Origin: Eledone cirrhosa
Lineage: Eukaryota
DNA: 64,000 nucleotides
Direction of reading: 5' to 3'
Assembly (NCBI GenBank): GCA_964016885.1
Contig: OZ024741.1
Coordinates: 111,600,001-111,664,000, forward strand
In this document: positions 1 through 10,699 of the stretch, in pieces
Layout of the letters: every line of letters starts with the position of its first letter
Position numbering within the stretch: the stretch's first letter is position 1
The notes under the pieces: generated by a model
What the model was told of the DNA's origin: nothing
The model's database searches: none
Seen by the model: only the letters and a program-made list of their open reading frames with translations
Program-made: the position numbers and the translations under genes

Positions 1-322
1 ATTTTGTTGAAAGATGGGTGAGAGAAGCAAGTATGGCCCGAGTGAATGGGCCTACTCTGAGTATGTGTCTGTAAATTAAAGGTGGAAAACTGGGAGAGGG
101 CACTTGCCCTGGTGGTCAGGGTCACTGTGGCCTTTTAATGGGCTTTCTCCACAAATGTCCCTCGGAAGTCTACCCCTATTGGGGAATTTTCCATTGTTAT
201 TTTTTGTTACATCCTGTTTTTGTTTTTTTTACATGCAGAAATGCCCATTTGTACCGTCCTGTATTGTCCTGTACTGATCTTAATGTCTACTTAATGTAAA
301 CCCTTGTGGTTAATAAAGAAAG

Positions 323-323
<1 letters not shown>
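1..323 (+). mobile_element. Tx1-clade LINE 3' end (ORF2 C-terminus plus 3' UTR) running into (TTA)n
   Basis: 3-74 translates FVERWVREASMARVNGPTLSMCL*, matching the C-terminus FYERWVKVARMARVNGPSLYMSL of the Tx1 at 36832. Ends CCCTTGTGGTTAATAAAGAAAGCA(TTA)n. Confidence 0.85.
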
Positions 324-357
<34 letters not shown>

Positions 358-409
358 GTAGTAGTAGTAGTAGTAATAGTATTGATAGTTTTGACATTAA
401 ATATAATAA

Positions 410-615
410 TTATCGAATCTTCTACTTCTTGTCGAGTATCAACAAAAACCTTTGACATGAAGTATTTGTCTGAGTATATGTGCAGTGCCCACCAGGGCAG
501 TCATTTATAGGAGAACATTTTATGATTTGAGGTCTATTTGCTTAAGGCACTCATTCAGTTTTAGTGCTATCGAATTCAAATCTCCGATGACATTTGAAAT
601 TATGATGAGGCTGTA
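410..615 (-). mobile_element. R4/Dong-like non-LTR retrotransposon 3' fragment (restriction-like endonuclease C-terminus), degraded
   Basis: Minus strand gives IISNVIGDLNSIALKLNECLKQI..MTALVGTAHILRQIL, resembling the R4/Dong PIVIGALG..LLGTAxILR motif. It is followed by (AAT)n. Confidence 0.6.
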
Positions 616-1619
616 ACTAGAGGGGAGTCTTGTACTCTCAGCCACTGAACGCTCATGAATTGGGATAAGCTGCAAGCATGGAACAAAAGGTCGTAAAATG
701 ATAGCTCTAACACAATTACAAAAAGAAAACAGATTAATAGGTGTTATTTTCACTTATCAATTCCGTACCACTTTGTGATTATCAGACGACACTTTGTTAC
801 GTAGCAAATTGTCTTTGAGAACTTCGGGTAAACATTAAAATATCAATGTTCTAGATGTATAAATGTCAAGTCATTGCAGGTAGAGGATAAGAAATGCAAG
901 CGCTCAAATAAATTATATGCAACTTTGTTAAATATAAATAGAATGTGTTGAAGAATCTTAGAAATACTTCAAAGAAATAACACATTCTGCTTCCTTTGAA
1001 ATACTTAGATTGTCACATCCTCAGACTCAGGTGTTGTTCAATGAAAACATCCATAACGATAAGCCTCTTTGGGATAGAATGCATACTACACACAAAAAAA
1101 TGGGTAATCAGAGAAAAATTTCCAAGCAAAAAAGTAGACTTCTTTTGAGCTAAAAAGTCAGTACAAGAGCCTTTAAAAAGTATAAAGGAAAGATGGCGAT
1201 CACAGAAAGAATCTGATAGCAGATCTATAGTAGATAAAAAAGATATTCCAAAAATAGTATAGTACAGTTTACATATTAAATCAATGAAATCTGTAAAGTT
1301 TCCGTAATTTGTGCAGCCCGTGCTTTGGGTGCCATTTAAACTATCCCAAAGAGGCTTATCTTTATAGATGTTCATCCTGATATTTCGCTGGGCTTTAGAA
1401 ATGTATGACGATGCACATCTACCTTCCAAGCCTTACATATCAACATACGCTTAATGAAGTTCATGCATGAGGACAAACAATGCCTGGAAAATCACCTAAT
1501 TAGAATAGTTCGTGAAGACTGTAAACAGGAGAAAAAAAAGAGAGTGAAAACAAGGGAAAGAGGGAGTGAGTGGTAAACTCTACATCTCAGTCTTGCGGTA
1601 TACCTGAGTTGCGCCATGT

Positions 1620-1880
1620 GGACAAAATTGTGTAGACATTGCCGGGAAGAACAGCCAGTTACACACCCTACTTTAACCAATCCACCCAAGAGATGCACTC
1701 TTCCCAAACGGCAGTTCGGGCTCCGAGGACACGGCAGGTCTTGACGGTGACCGACATGAAAAGGAAACTGTCGGTCAAGTCCCGATATATGGTTATCATC
1801 CTCTCCTCTCCGTTACGTGTGGCAGAGCTAAGGTTTGTGGCTGAAGCGGCAAGGTTGTAAATATAGCGGCAAGATATTGA
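1620..1880 (-). mobile_element. CRE-clade non-LTR retrotransposon RLE-domain relic
   Basis: AASATNLSSAT..GEERMITIYRDLTDSFLFMSVTVKTCRVLGART resembles the CRE motif AE.RK..KY..L...F.F.PVAVET.GVLG. Confidence 0.5.
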
Positions 1881-2236
1881 ATTGCAGATTCTTGGAACTA
1901 CTTTCACTATAATAGAGCAACTGGCTTATTCTGCAGGACTTGGAAGACTTTTCCACTACAAAAGGGCAATAAAATAATTTGTGTTAACTATAGTGGCATT
2001 TCTGACTTTGATTTTGTAGTTTATCAATAACCGCATCAATGATTCTATCACTGTTCATAAGAAACGCTCTGATAATTTTACCCAGTTAAACCAGTAACAG
2101 AATAAAATACGGTGGTAGTGGTAATGGTGGTGGTAAGTTGTTATGGCAATAGCAGTTGTAGTAGTAGTGGTAGTAGTGATGGTAGTGAGTATGGTAGTAA
2201 TGAAGAGTTGTAATGGTAATACTGACACTAGTTGTG

Positions 2237-2293
<57 letters not shown>

Positions 2294-2437
2294 ATGGGGC
2301 TGGTACAGAGTTGTAATTGTAGTAGTGACAGTAGTTGCGGTCGTAGTAATAGTGGTGGTAATGTTGGTGGGAGGAGTTATATTATAGTAGTAACGGTAGT
2401 TCATATGTATTAGGAGAAGAAGAGATATACGTTATAC

Positions 2438-2513
<76 letters not shown>

Positions 2514-2517
<4 letters not shown>

Positions 2518-5500
2518 TGCTGCAAACTCTGCCAAAAGTATTGCAATCGCTTGTCAGATTCAGATGTGTTGACGCTCGGATATGGCTTTTCAAGCCTGCT
2601 AGAGACTTGCACTCCTTCACACACTGTCGACAACTATGGATCTCCCTGGCTTGAGGTCCTGCATCAGGTTGCCCGTGAACCCTCACAACACCGTGGAGAT
2701 CATAGTTCACTGGTTCTCTTTGAACATGGCTGCGAATGTGGCTCCTGAGACCAGATTTGCTCAAGCAAATTTTTCCACACTCAGGGCACTTCAATTCAAT
2801 GGAGACACCGATCGTTTCGAGAGATACACCAGGGCATTGCTTACGCTCATACCATTTGATCTTCTCGTGCTCTATGCGTTTGTCCTCAAAATTATGGACC
2901 CCATCATTCATCATTCCACGCCAAGTTTCTCTTTCAAGAGCTTCTATCTCGCAGTCAGCTATCATCAAACCAGTTTTTTTCAATGAGTCTTTTACACAAT
3001 TCTTGAATCGGAGCTTTAGTTTGTGAGGTTGTCTCTTACCCTCACAAAGCTCGCCATACAAGAGTTGTTTTAGGATTTGATCATCCTCCATTCTGCAGAG
3101 GTGTCCGGTCCATCGCAAACGCTGTTGGTGGATGATACTCTCAATGCTCCGACACTCACTTCTCTCAAGGACCTCAACATCACTCACATGCATCTGCCAT
3201 TTGATACCGAGCGTCTTTCTGAGACACTGCTGGTGAAACCGTTCCAGTCTGTGGATATGCCGTTTGTAGGCAACCCATGTCTAACATGCATACAGCAAAG
3301 CTGACAGTACACATGCAGCATACACTCTCACCTTGGTCCTCATTGTGATTCCTCGCCTGCACCAAAGATGGTCGTTGAGCCTTCCAAATGACTCACTTGC
3401 CTTACTAACACGTAGACCAACTTCTGCATCCAGAGAGTAGGCCACACTCAGAGTACTCCCCAAATACACAAATGTGTCAGCAGTCTTCAGCTTTTGACCG
3501 TATACGTGTATGAAGGGTTCATTGAAAACTTTATCCAGAGCAAGTTGGTACATGACAACAGACTTCTTCAGACGGATTGTCAGCCCCAAAGCATTGCATG
3601 CATTGGAAAAAGAATCCATAAGGTGTTGCATATCACTCAGGGAGTGTGCAAAGAGATCACAATCATATGAATATGAAAATTCTCTGATCAAGGTACTCAG
3701 TAACTTAGGGTTGGCAGTGAAATGCCTATGGTTAAACAACTTGCCGGAAGTGCGATATCTGAGATAGATACCATGTTGACAATCCTTGAAGGCCATGAAG
3801 AACACCATCACGAAATACAAGGCAAACAAAGTTGGTGCAGGTATATCACCCTGCTTGACACCATTTTCAACCGAGATTGGCTCAGACAGTTTACCTCCAA
3901 CATTCACCCATGCCTGCATTTCATCGTGGAAGAGTTTCAGAATGTTCACAAACTTTTCAGGACAGCCCAATCTCGCCAGAATAACCCACAAATCCTTCCG
4001 ATTAATGGTGTCAAATGCCTTGGTCAGATCGACAAAAACTTGGTATAAGTCCATGCACTGCTCAATGTATTTCTCTTGAAGTTGTTTGGCGGAGAAGATC
4101 ATGTCAACAGTGCCTCTGCCATTCCTAAAGCCACATTGGAGTCAGGAATTACCTCAACAGCAATGTGCTGTATCAATCTGTCCAACAATATCCTGCACAA
4201 GATGTTCCCAGCCACAGATAACAGTGAGATACCTCTGCAGTTGCCACAGTCATCGTTGGCTCCCTTTCCTTTGTAAAGTACCACCATCAATGTATCTTTC
4301 CAATCCTGTGGCACATCTTCATTCCAAACATTCACAAAGAGATCAGTGAGGCGGTTTAAGAAGTTATCACCAGCACACTTGAAAATCTCGGCACTCAGTC
4401 CATCCATTCCAGGTGACTTGCCACTGTTTAATTTGGCAATGGCCTTCGCCACCTCATCAAATTAAGGAGGATCAGCCATTGCCAGCTTTGTAGGTCTGGA
4501 TGGAATCGAACGGATGAACTCATCATCAATTTCTGATGGTCTGTTGAGAAGTTCATCAAAGCGGTCATGCCACCTGATCAGGATTTCCTTCGGATCTCTG
4601 AGCAATTCCTTGCCGTCCCCGGAGCGAAGTGGTGATATTTGTGAACCAGTCGGACCATACACTTCCCTGAGCAGACTGTATAGGAGCTTTGTATCATGTC
4701 TATCTGAGGCCTTCTGGATTTCATCGGCCTTTTGGCTCCACCAGGTTCCTTGATCTGCCTGAAGGTCCGGTCACTCCTGTCAGAACGTGTCTCACACAAC
4801 TATGATGTCAGCACTTTTTGTTTCTTTTCAAACAAGGTCTGGATCACTGGATCATTTTCATTGAACCAGTCTTTATACTTTCTATTGGTATGACCCAAAA
4901 CTCCAGCACTAACATCATAGACGGTTTTCTTCAATGATTCCCATGTGTTTTCACATTCCATGGACTCAAGGGACCTCGACAGCTCAGCTCCGACTTTCTC
5001 TGTTTTCAGACGAGCCACGTTTAGTTGTTTTGGAAGTGCAACCTTCTCCCCCCATACTTTGGGCTTCACAACAAATTGAAACTTGGCGCGCACCAGATGA
5101 TGATGAGTCCAACAGTCCGCGCCTCGCAATACACGAACCAATGTGATATCCCTGATATCACGTTTTCTCATTAAAACGAAGTCAATAAGGTTCTTGGAAC
5201 CTGGATGCATCCAAGTTGTCTTATATTTGTCTTTCTGCTGATAGAGCGTGTTCCCAACAAGATCCATCTCAGTGCACATCTGCAACAGAAGTAGGCCATT
5301 GTTATTGCACTTACCTACTCCATGCTTGCCCATCACACTCCAAGCCACCCATCCATTACCAACACGTGCATTAAAATCACCAAGGATGACAATCTTGTCT
5401 GCATAGGGTATACCATGGATGACCTCTCTCATAGACATGTAGAAACTTAGATTTTCATCAGCACTGGCACACATAGTAGGAGCGTACACACTGACCAGAG

Positions 5501-6224
5501 TCACAAAGCGGTTTTGAATCAAAGGGACTCTCATGGACATTATCCGATCATTGAATCCTCAAGGAAGATTTTCCAGCTTTGAGACGATTTCATTCCTGAC
5601 TGCAAATGCGACCCCTGCCTCTCTCCACTCCAATAGAAGGTATATCCTCTCTTCTGTTCTGTGAATTGACCCTCACCTTGCAATCTCGTTTCTAAAAGAG
5701 CAACGATGTCCATGGTATAGCGATCGAGTTCCCTCGACACCAAAGCAGATCTTCTTTCAGGGCGAGTTTTACTGGACTGGGAATCTAGTAAAGTTCTTAC
5801 ATTCCAACAGCCAATATTCAAAGGTTTGAACCTCCTTGCAGTTGTAGGATGACGACCGGGCCCACGCTGCGGTGCCATGGGACACCTGCCGGACCAGACC
5901 CCTTCACAATAAGTTCCAGAGCCCTTACTGCCATTGACTTCAAAGTTATCATCTGTCATCATAGAGTTTGGTGCACCTTTAGGCTACGGCCAGCCACACG
6001 AACCTGTAACAGATCCTGAACAAGCGATGCCTGTGCTTTGAAGGTTATTTAAGTGGGGAAAAGGCCTTGCACGCAACAAATCCCACTCTCTGAGCATCGA
6101 AAACACTACCCAAAAAGAATAACTGGTCAACATCATCGGATGCTTCCAAAGCCGCAGGTTTTTTTTTCAGAGTTTCCCTCTCCTAGAAAGGTGTTGTACA
6201 ACAACAGGGGGCCCTTCACTCCCA

Positions 6225-6227
<3 letters not shown>
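2514..6227 (-). mobile_element. RTE-clade LINE, near full length, frameshifted (5' UTR, APE, RT, C-terminal C2H2 fingers)
   Basis: Consecutive minus ORFs: IGCWNVRTLLD, LVSVYAPT, ILGDFNARVG (APE); FVDLTKAFDT, GVKQGDIPAPTLF, YSYDCDL (mutated YADD) (RT); CPECGKICLSKSGLRSHIRSH. (TA)n lies on both sides. Confidence 0.95.
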
Positions 6228-6278
<51 letters not shown>

Positions 6279-6396
6279 GGTGATTAAATTAATTACTGGT
6301 TGTGGTACAAAAACAAGCACTCTATGCACAGGCACAGTGTATATATTAAAAAAAGGATGAAGTGTCGTTTACATGTATTAGATTCTTATTGTGTAT

Positions 6397-6490
6397 CGAT
6401 CTGTTACGCGCGTTTCGCAGAGGATTGGCTCAGGGTCACGCATATGAGTTATGAACCCGACTCCATTATCGATCTGCTCTTCAGATTGGC
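6397..6490 (-). ncRNA. Hammerhead ribozyme core, stem I poor
   Basis: Minus strand: CTGAAGA-GCAGA..TCTGC-GAAA-CGCGCG-TA. The stem I strands do not pair canonically. Confidence 0.55.
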
Positions 6491-6502
6491 GATTATATAT
6501 AT

Positions 6503-6617
6503 AATTGTTTCTACCTTTGGCACAAGGCCAGCAATTACCCAGTGCATTACTGGTCCTTTATTTTATCGACCCCGTAAGGATGAAAGGCAAAGTAAACCTC
6601 GGCGGGATTTGAACTCA
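6503..6617 (-). mobile_element. tRNA-derived SINE, 5'-truncated, with 25-bp flanking duplication
   Basis: SINE core and tail. TCAGATTGGCGATTATATATATAAT occurs at 6481-6505 and 6615-6639. Confidence 0.85.
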
Positions 6618-6871
6618 GATTGGCGATTATATATATAATGAAGAATAAGGCAGTACGTTGGGATCTTATAGAAAATCAGGTAAATAACTCTATTAGGCGG
6701 ATAAAATGGCCAGCAGCCTGTGAACCAAAATCTGTACTTCTCAAATTCTAGCTGAGCGCTTTGTATCATTGAGCTAAACGTCTCCTGACGAGGGTTACCT
6801 TCCTAAATACCTAAAACTTGAACCGTTAAGGTGTCATTCCTGGATATGTCAATATTTATAAAACAAAGTTT

Positions 6872-6934
6872 GTATTTTATCTGATGAGAGCGTACCAAAG
6901 TTTTGGTACACTTGAAATATATATAATAGAATAC
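6872..6934 (+). ncRNA. Type I hammerhead ribozyme
   Basis: GTATTTTAT-CTGATGA-GAGCGTACCA aagttt TGGTACACTT-GAAA-TATATA-TA-ATAGAATAC: 9-bp stem I, intact core, palindromic stem III. Confidence 0.85.
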
Positions 6935-7065
6935 ATATGGTTTTATAAATATAGTTTCCATTTATTAATATCATTGATATTATACTCCAGAAAACTTGTC
7001 GAGTGCTTCGAATCTGTTATAAATATATATATTTGTTGAATTACCAACAAATTAAATATCCCTTT

Positions 7066-7133
<68 letters not shown>

Positions 7134-7362
7134 ATATATATATATAGTAAAAGAGTGAAGAATAACGTGGTCGGCTGTACAATAGGGTTTATTTAAAATA
7201 TTAACAATTGTTTCAATAGATCGGTGTGTCTAATTGTTAATTGATTTATTAATTATATTAATTACGCCAGTCTCTTTGTTCGATTATTACCATCCCACTT
7301 CTATCTCTAAATGAGTATGCCCTGATTCCACAATTTATTTCAGTTATCATTGAGCAAGTTAA

Positions 7363-7543
7363 TTGGCAGTATCGGTAGAGAGTCGGACGCGATGCTTCGA
7401 CGCATAGAGTTACAGCCCTTGCCATTCTGAGTTCAAATCCCGCCGAGGTTAACTTTGCCTTTCATCCTTACAGGGTCGATAAAATAAAGTACCAGTAATA
7501 TACTGGGTAATTGCTGGCCTTGTGCCAAAAGTAGAAACAATTA
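7363..7543 (+). mobile_element. tRNA-derived SINE (dominant family, short-tail form)
   Basis: A-box-like TGGCAGTATCGG, B box GAGTTCAAATCC, core GCCTTTCATCCT..GGTCGATAAAATAAAGTACCAG, tail AATTGCTGGCCTTGTGCC. Confidence 0.9.
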
Positions 7544-8186
7544 TATGCACTACCCGGATAACCAGATCATCGAGTGGCAGTGTGATTTCGTAAAATATAT
7601 CTGTATATTTTACTCCTAGTAATTGATCTAGCTGAGTGCTCATTCAAAGATGTGAATGAATTTCTCCTTAACTTCTCGCTTTACTACACAGGGATGCCAC
7701 TTGCTGCGAGACGTTCTCCACCTCCAACTTAGTTTCTTCGACCACAAACCCTTGCATCGCGGCTCACCTCGCAGAAGAACGTAAAATACACAGACCTCTG
7801 GCGTACTTGGACTCCGTACTGCCGAGCTCCTCCGCAAGATCGGAACGTCGGCGGCCCGTCTGGGGAGGGAGCATGACTGCTAAAATATGTACTTATGTAT
7901 CTAACTATAACAAACAGTTTAACTTCGATGAACCCACGTGATGTGGGTATATATATATATGTATTGATTTAATAATTTGTTGATACCAAATTTATTAATT
8001 TTGTTGATTATCCCAATCACTTTGTTCGGCTATTGCCATTCCACTAATAAATCTAAATGAGTATGCTTTAATTCCGAATTTTATTTCAGTTATCATTGAG
8101 AAAGTTAGTATGTGATACAATTTTCACAACCCGGGTACCAAGAGCTTCGAGCGGTAGTGTTACATTTCGTAATAAATATATATATA

Positions 8187-8715
8187 TGCCAGATCTCTTT
8201 TTAGCGCTACTGGTACCATGTATCCCAGTACAACTTGTGCGTGGTCGAGTCGTCGGTTACTAAATCAGCAACCCCACCAAGCTTGCTTGGTGAGGAGGGC
8301 GATTTTGGACACCCTACAGAATGAAAAACCAAACCAGTCAAAGGGCGGAGGAAATCAGGAAGTCAACGGCCATCCAATAAAGTTTTGTGGAGCGAGTGAC
8401 TCCTAGTCTTCATTAAGACATCTTTTAAGGTGAAGCTCGCTGCGACATCGTTTGCATCCAATGATGTAGACTAGTTCTTCTTTTTGGGTAAACGCATTCG
8501 ATGTTCAGAGGGTGGGATTGGCTTCGTGCCAAGCCTATCCTCACTTAAAATAGTTTCAGGCACAGGCATCGCTTAATATGTGACATTTCTTTTGCGATGC
8601 ATGGAATTGCTGGCCATGGGCAGGTTCCTGGTGGGATTGAAGAGCCACGTCTGGGATGCTCAAGCTTGAGTGAGTGTCAAGCGATGGTATCGCGCGAAAT
8701 CGAGTTGCAGCCATC
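8187..8715 (+). mobile_element. Non-autonomous bipartite RTE derivative (5' UTR plus short 3' end)
   Basis: The head matches 46860-47040(-). 8507-8575 matches the RTE 5' UTR at about 6020-6092(-). The 3' end CGAAATCGAGTTGCAGCCATC resembles 13210-13245(-) and 10375-10411(-). Flanked by TA repeats. Confidence 0.7.
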
Positions 8716-9385
8716 ATATATATAGCTAGACGATAATACTCGGAACGGCTGACACGTCCTTAGGGCAGGGCTGGCTGGGGTCCGCAGTCGTCACTGGTTA
8801 TTGACCGCTAAGCAAGGGCCTAATCTTTACTCTATATCCTACCCTGAAACTTTATCGTGACTATCTATAATACACTTAAACTTTTTCATAAAAGCCTCCT
8901 TCTGTAAATTCTTTAACTAAATCTCGTAACCTTAAGCCTGAAACCTTATTTTTCTAATTTCATTTCTAATTCTAAAAATAAGTTTAACATTTCTAATTGT
9001 TAATCGAAATTTCTGTCCATACATTATACCATACAGACGCCCACTATATATGTTTTTATTGAAGATATATGTTCTTTGAAAAAATATTTTCGCGGCACTT
9101 TCTAGCACGCATGATCAGCTTGATTGTGGCCTGACATAAACGCAGGCCTCTTTCTTTGACAGAGAGGTAGTAGCACACTATAAACCTACGCCCCTTCACC
9201 AGATGGTCATAAGTAGACATAATAATCAACACTTGAGGGCGGCCGACCGAGGTAGAAGCTGGTAAATATTCGCTCGTCTTCATGTCTCTGATTTTCAACC
9301 CCATGGATTTTATCTATTATATTCCTTTGTTATATTTTGAAGTCCAGTCCAGTCCAGTCCAGTCCAGTCCAGCCTCCTGTTATTT

Positions 9386-9416
<31 letters not shown>

Positions 9417-9433
9417 ATGAGTGTGTCGTTATA

Positions 9434-9519
<86 letters not shown>

Positions 9520-9740
9520 ACATATATATATATAAGTATGTATTATACATACATATATGTATACAGACGTACAATAGTATGTATATATATACATACATGC
9601 ACACATATATATATATATGTACGTATGGATTCACCGAACATTTATTATAATGCTCGGTATGTTTGTAAACAAACATCCCGAATTAAGCCGTACATGGTCT
9701 AGCAACCATCGTTGCTCATTTGTTCAACATTGACAAAAAA

Positions 9741-9783
9741 ACGCTGTACTAGTTTCAAGCTTATTAGCTATCGTCAGCAACGT
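9741..9783 (-). ncRNA. Minimal type I hammerhead ribozyme (left arm)
   Basis: Exact reverse complement of 9881-9923. Confidence 0.85.
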
Positions 9784-9880
9784 ATACCTTCCTGCCAGAT
9801 GATTGAACGTCTGCTCAGCCGTTAATATGCATAAGGAAAGTATATACTTTCAGACGTTCACTCATCTGGCAGGAAGGTAT

Positions 9881-9923
9881 ACGTTGCTGACGATAGCTAA
9901 TAAGCTTGAAACTAGTACAGCGT
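9881..9923 (+). ncRNA. Minimal type I hammerhead ribozyme (right arm)
   Basis: ACGTTG-CTGACGA-TAGCT aata AGCTT-GAAA-CTAG-TA-CAGCGT: 6-bp stem I, GUA cleavage triplet, palindromic ACTAGT stem III. Confidence 0.88.
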
Positions 9924-10253
9924 TCCTTTGTCAGTGTTGAACAAATGAGCAACGATGGTTGCTAGACCATGTACGGCTTAATTCGGGATGTTTGTTTACA
10001 AACACACCGAGCATTATAATAAATGTTCGGTGAATCCATACGTACATATATATATATATATATATATGTGCATGTATGTATATATATACATACTACTGTA
10101 CGTCTGTATACATATATGTATGTACGTATACATACTTATATTTAAGTAACAGCCGTACTAAGAGTGAGAAATGAAATTTCGTTTCATTTTTCCGTTTATA
10201 TATATATATATATAAATAAATTATAACGACAAACACACACACATATATATACT

Positions 10254-10363
<110 letters not shown>

Positions 10364-10428
10364 GATATATATATGATGGCTGCCCCCTCGTTATCGAGTA
10401 TGGCCATTGCACGAGAAAAAAAAAAAAG

Positions 10429-10489
<61 letters not shown>

Positions 10490-10559
10490 CATACATACAT
10501 ATATACATACACACATACATACACATACACACACATATACACACACATACATTAATAAC

Positions 10560-10591
<32 letters not shown>

Positions 10592-10699
10592 CAATAATAA
10601 TAATAACGACAACAACAATAATAATATACATATTCATATATATATACACACACACGCACGCACATAAGCATATCTACACACACACACACACACACACAC

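Larger units (their letters stand above)
9531..10140. repeat. Fold-back element: about 285-bp inverted arms with 37-nt spacer, in (TA)n
   Basis: 9531-9813 is the reverse complement of 9851-10140 with a few mismatches. Confidence 0.95.

Noticed and set aside
6786-6820. CTGACGA core-like motif
   Set aside because: No GAAA or stem III in register.
7195-7240. Minus-strand GAAACAATTGTT half-hammerhead
   Set aside because: The CTGANGA half is missing.
7640-7880. GC-rich segment as a host exon
   Set aside because: Weak resemblance to a decayed Tx1 ORF2 C-terminus; no splice or ORF support.
9560-10110. A/G-biased arm mismatches as a fossil of ADAR editing
   Set aside because: Too few sites; ordinary transition bias suffices.
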